Below are positions 1 through 64,000 of a stretch of 64,000 nt of DNA, piece after piece (positions within the stretch are counted from its first letter, which is position 1; every line of letters starts with the position of its first letter). The translations under genes were made by a program, and so were the position numbers. The stretch is taken from positions 2,108,001 through 2,172,000 of the forward strand of contig OX597841.1 in NCBI GenBank assembly GCA_951406725.2, in the 5' to 3' direction. The notes under the pieces were generated by a model. The model worked only from the letters and a program-made list of their open reading frames with translations. It searched no databases and was not told the origin of the DNA. The DNA is from Octopus vulgaris. Its lineage: Eukaryota.

Positions 1-429
1 ATAAAATCCCCGTTTTCACAGCAAAGCAACCATTGTAGCGCCCCAAAACGTCTCCCAATCAATTTCTCACCTCAAGTTACTCCCTCCTGTAAATTTTAAT
101 CCCCTTCCAGCCCCATTTAGACCCTTTTTACATAAAAATCCAATTTGTATCAACGTTCGCCTTCTTCATTTTATAGATTAGATTATATGCCAATCGCGCC
201 AATCTGGAGTGGCTTAGAGGGCCCTTGAATCGATAAAAATCGCTCTTCTCACCATAGCAACCGCGTCTTTCCAGATGGCTTGTTTTAACCTACTCAACTC
301 TGCCTCATCACGCCTTCTATGCCTGTGTCAGTTTTCAGCTCGATCCGACCACTGGTCTGGCCACCAACCTCTGACGTAGCAAAATGTGCACACAATTTTG
401 ACCCAAAGCCTCTTTCATATATAGATTGA

Positions 430-958
430 TAGCAGAGAAACCCGGTCTTGCTCGGGATTAAAATAGTTTATCATTGTTTTATTTGTTTCGGTATTATAAC
501 CCGATTTCATTCGGGTCTACGCGGGCCACACTTTAAAAGATGAGGGATTTTCGCCCTAGAGGCCACACCTTTCAATTGAGCAAACTCAAAGTTGCCATGC
601 AAACTCACCAGGACTTTTAACATAGGTGTGCACATTTTCAGCTCAATCCGACCATATTTACTAACAACTTTGCCTGTATAACTGCTTGTGAGACAACGTC
701 CGCCCTTTTCAGAAATATTTAGTAGACTTACAGAGATACCCGGCCTTGCTTGGGATTAAAATGGCATAGGTTTTCATTGCTTTACTTGTTTCGTTAATAT
801 AACCCGATTTCATTCGGGTCTACTCGGGCTACATTTTAAAAGATGAGGAATTTTGTCTTAGAGGTCACGCCTTTCATTTGAGGAAAAAATAGTTGCCATG
901 CAAACTCGCCAGCACTTTTAACATAGGTGTGCATATTTTCAGCTCAATCCAACCATAT
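430..958 (+). repeat. Two diverged tandem units about 300 bp apart, possibly Helitron/Helentron-like non-autonomous repeats
   Basis: cagagaaacccggtcttgctcgggattaaa (433) vs cagagatacccggccttgcttgggattaaa (731), each with a short 5' hairpin. Confidence 0.5.
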
Positions 959-1032
959 AATATACACATTATAAATATAGATATATACGCACTAAATATA
1001 TATATATACGCATTATATATACAAATGTATAC

Positions 1033-1140
<108 letters not shown>

Positions 1141-1145
1141 CGAGA

Positions 1146-1494
1146 AGGCGCATGGCTCAGTGGTTAGAGCGTCGAGCTTACGATCGTGAGGTTGTGAGCT
1201 CGAATCCCGGACCGGACTGCGTGTTGTGTTCTTGAGCAAGACACTTTATTTCACGTTGCTCCAGTTCACTCAGCTGTAGAAATGAGTTGCGACGTCACAG
1301 GTGCCAAGCTGTATCGGCCCCTTTGCCTTTCCCTTGGATAACACTGGTGGCGTGGAGAGGGGAGGCCGGTATGCATGGGCGACTACTGGTCTTCTATAAA
1401 ACAACCTTGCCCAGACTTGTGCCTCAGAGGGTAACTCTCTAGGTGCAAACCCATGGTCACTCATGACCGAAGGGGGTCTCATCTCATCTCATCT
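1146..1494 (+). mobile_element. tRNA-derived SINE
   Basis: A box TGGCTCAGTGG, B-box-like GCTCGAATCC, (CTCAT)n tail; related diverged copy at about 36836-37125. Confidence 0.8.
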
Positions 1495-2106
1495 ATGTAT
1501 ATACACACACATATATATATATATATATATAAATAAATACAGATATATACACTTTGTATATATATACATTATATATACATATTTATATATAGATACACAC
1601 ACACATATAGATTAACCCAATAAATATCTAATTCATAATATTTGTTTTCATGATTGTGTGGTGGTGGTGGGCGATAATAATTCACCGTTGTAAAAGACCG
1701 TTGTAAAAATCTTTTGCGGCTGTTAATGCTTTCTCTCTATGAATGCAGACAGACGCATCACATGAATAAAACCACCACAGTCTTCTCTCTTGCACGTTAC
1801 ATCAGATTCCTCATATGCCTAACCTTTCTTTCAGTACACCAGCAGTTTAACATACATGAACACTGCAATTCCAGATGAGCATGCAAATTGCATCTTTTCT
1901 GGCCCTCACACGTCCCCTACATTCAGGGCCCAAGTCTCACTATCATGTAACATTGCATTTTGTACATAAGCATCATATGACCTGCCTTTCAATTAGAAAC
2001 AGTAATGTTTTTTTCTTCCAACAGAGGTAATAGCTCTTTGAAAATTTTCTCTCTTATTCTTATTCTAGCAACTTCACTTTGAGATCATCCTCCCCCACTG
2101 AAAATG

Positions 2107-3170
2107 TCACCTAGGTAAAAGAAATGATCTGCTACAACTAAGGAGCCTCCAGTGCATTTCAGTGGGTGGAATGTGTTTGAGGAAATCCATGTTGCTTCGT
2201 ATACAACTGGATATCAATAACCATAAAGGTTTGATGAGCGTATCCAAAAGATGACTCAGTTGTTGTGCTGGCGCTTGAGGCCCAGCAACTATTGGTCTCA
2301 ATTTGAGGTCTTAGTATTTTATGTATTGCTTCTTCTGTTCGTTTATGGATCTCTGTATTTCGGAGATTTGTGGATCTTAGGAAATCTGTGGAAATTGTTC
2401 TCTTTCATTACAGAGTTGCATAAATATCCCTTTTCCTTGTCTGTGAAAAAATCTTGGTATTCGTTAATAAACGTTCTGATACATTTGATAATACCTTTGT
2501 ATCCATTTTCATCAATAAACGTTCTGATTCTATCCACTATTGCTTGTACCGGTTGTCTTGGTTCTTTCTGATAGTAGGTTCGGTCTGTTAGGATTTCCAA
2601 TATTTCATCTTTATAGTAGTCTTTGCCCATAAATACTATCGACCCACCCCTTCTAGCTTCTTTTAGGATGATTGAATTGTAATTCTTCTGTCTTTGTAAA
2701 GCTTCCTTTTCTTCTTCACGAAGGTTCTGTTTGCATTTTCTGAGAGGAAATTTAGAAACTGTGTCCATATATATGTCTAAATGTTTGTCATTCTCTTTTA
2801 AGTGAGATCAATTTCTGACATTTCTGACATTCTTTTTGTCAAAAAACTTCAATAGAAGGCTCATCTCATTTTTGCTGAAGTTTCTATTTGACAAACTCTA
2901 TGTGCTTATTAAAATTTTTCTTTACGTCGGATCCGGGGCACGATTGTGGTATTTTTTTTCTCTAAAAAAGAATTGTGTTATTGTGTCTCCATTTTATGGC
3001 TCTGGGGCTCTGGTTTCCTCGTAGGTGAAGGAAAAGTTCGTGTTCTTTGTATGCGTTTCGTTGTCTATAGGGTGTGTCATCTTCCCATCTTCTATGTTTG
3101 TTAGGCCATTCGAGATGTTTGGGATTGTTGGTCGTAAATCGTAGTTTTCTAAAGTTTCTATGAAGATTAT
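2107..3170 (-). mobile_element. Penelope-like element RT remnant (further piece at about 3886-4010)
   Basis: NL..EEKEAL..IILKEARRGGSIV, FPKIHKS, RPIVAGP..HLLD..IKP; QYLNFYSCH..HIKRNIPY. Confidence 0.78.
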
Positions 3171-3277
3171 TTATATAACAGAAACCATCACATGATGAAG
3201 CTGGCTTTGTTTTGACTTTATAAAAAAAATATCATTTCTATGTTGAACAATGCTTCATGCCGACTATACACTAACGT

Positions 3278-3355
<78 letters not shown>

Positions 3356-3366
3356 TATTTAAAGGT

Positions 3367-3417
3367 CACTACTAATAGTTTCATATTTTGAGAGAACACA
3401 AACGTATTCTTCAGGCG
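3367..3417 (-). ncRNA. Type I hammerhead-like motif next to Penelope RT remnant
   Basis: Reverse complement CGC-CTGAAGA-ATA..TAT-GAAA-CTATTAG-TA-GTG; stems I and II are short or imperfect. Confidence 0.5.
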
Positions 3418-3473
3418 CAAAAATATCATAACACACTAAAAATTTGAATATCTTTGAATTCTCTCAACATTGG

Positions 3474-3706
3474 AGGCGCAATGGCCAAGTGGTTAGGGCA
3501 GCGGACTTGCGGTCGGAGGATCGCGGTTTCGATTCCCAGACCGGGCGTTGTGTGTGTTTATTGAGCGAAAACACCTAAAAGCTCCACGAGGCTCCGGCAG
3601 GGGATGGTGGTGATCCCTGCTGTACTCTTTCACCACTCTAAAAAGGCGGTGCTCCAGCATGGCCGCAGTCAAATGACTGAAACAAGTACAAAAAAAAAAA
3701 AAAAAA
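3474..3706 (+). mobile_element. tRNA-derived SINE (internally deleted)
   Basis: TGGCCAAGTGG / GTTTCGATTCC boxes; 3' ggcggtgctccagcatggccgcagtcaaatgactgaaacaagt plus A tail. Confidence 0.75.
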
Positions 3707-4102
3707 ATACCAAACTATTGGTAGCGCTTTAATTTCAGATGGAGTACTTTTCTGGTTGAATTTTCTATGTGGGAGTGGGTGTCGATTTGCTCGACTAAAG
3801 GTGGTGCTCCAGCATGGCCGGTGTTACACGAGTGAAACAAGTAAAAGAGTAAAGAGTAAAAGAGTAAGCCTTTGATCTCAATTAGTCAGATTTGACGTAT
3901 TTTTGGATCAATAACTATAGTAGAGAAAAGTCTTGCCATACGGTATGGAATGTTCCTTTTGATGTGTGAGGAATGGCAAGAGTAGAAATTCAAGTATTGG
4001 TGCGTGACCATTTTTTTAAAAATAAAATAAGGAATGAAAAAAATGAAGGAAACAAAATAGAGTTTCATCGGAGCGTTTATTAAAATTTGTTTTTAATCGT
4101 TT

Positions 4103-4108
4103 TTTATT
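4103..4108 (-). promoter_or_regulatory. Putative polyadenylation signal AATAAA (second one at 4076-4081)
   Basis: tttatt on the + strand, just downstream of the predicted stop codon. Confidence 0.5.
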
Positions 4109-4161
4109 TGGAAAATATTGATGTTCGTCTTCTTTCTTGAGGAAAGCTGGATAAATTCAGT

Positions 4162-63590
<59,429 letters not shown>

Positions 63591-63669
63591 ATTAATCACT
63601 AATACAGATTAGTCTTCGTCCCATAGCAGCTCCACCGAGTGGAATGTTACCGTTTGTGAATGGGTCGGC

Positions 63670-63680
63670 TATATATATAT
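63670..63680 (-). promoter_or_regulatory. Possible TATA-like element
   Basis: ATATATATATA about 80 nt upstream of the ATG; could equally be a short microsatellite. Confidence 0.3.
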
Positions 63681-63912
63681 CTTTCAGTGTGTGTATGTAT
63701 GTATGTATGTATGTATGTATGTATGTATGTATGTATGTATGTATGTATGTATTTATGTATGTATGTATGTACGTACGTATGTATGTACGTACGTATGTAT
63801 GTATTTTATGTATGTATGTATTTATGTATTTATGTATGTATGTATGTATGTATGTGTGTATACATATATATGTAAATATATGTATATACATACATATATA
63901 CGTACACACACA

Positions 63913-63982
<70 letters not shown>

Positions 63983-64000
63983 TGTATGTATGTATGTATG

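Noticed and set aside
1146-1220. tRNA gene (also at about 3474-3545)
   Set aside because: The A/B boxes continue into SINE bodies with repeat tails, and no convincing cloverleaf acceptor stem is present.

Overview
AT-rich, microsatellite-dense animal genomic DNA. The SINE/LINE repertoire looks like octopus or another coleoid cephalopod (inference). Almost the whole window is one minus-strand, 30-exon gene (ATG 63590, stop 4162) encoding a large lipid transfer protein (apolipophorin/apoB-like or vitellogenin-like). It has a signal peptide, a Vitellogenin_N/LPD_N domain, a long beta-rich region with a 3060-nt exon, and a C-terminal VWD plus Cys-rich domain. I traced all exons by hand through GT-AG sites. 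Phases are consistent everywhere except exon 20 (325 nt), which has one base too many; removing it gives about 3128 aa. The introns contain tRNA-derived SINEs, CR1/L2-like, R4/Dong-like, RTE, Tx1-like and Penelope-like retroelement remnants, a mariner remnant and local duplications. The most unusual signal is a set of sequence-diverse minimal type I hammerhead ribozyme motifs with palindromic stem III, including C3-G8, U3-A8 and A3-U8 core variants. Several lie inside short inverted-repeat elements, and some are on the pre-mRNA strand.
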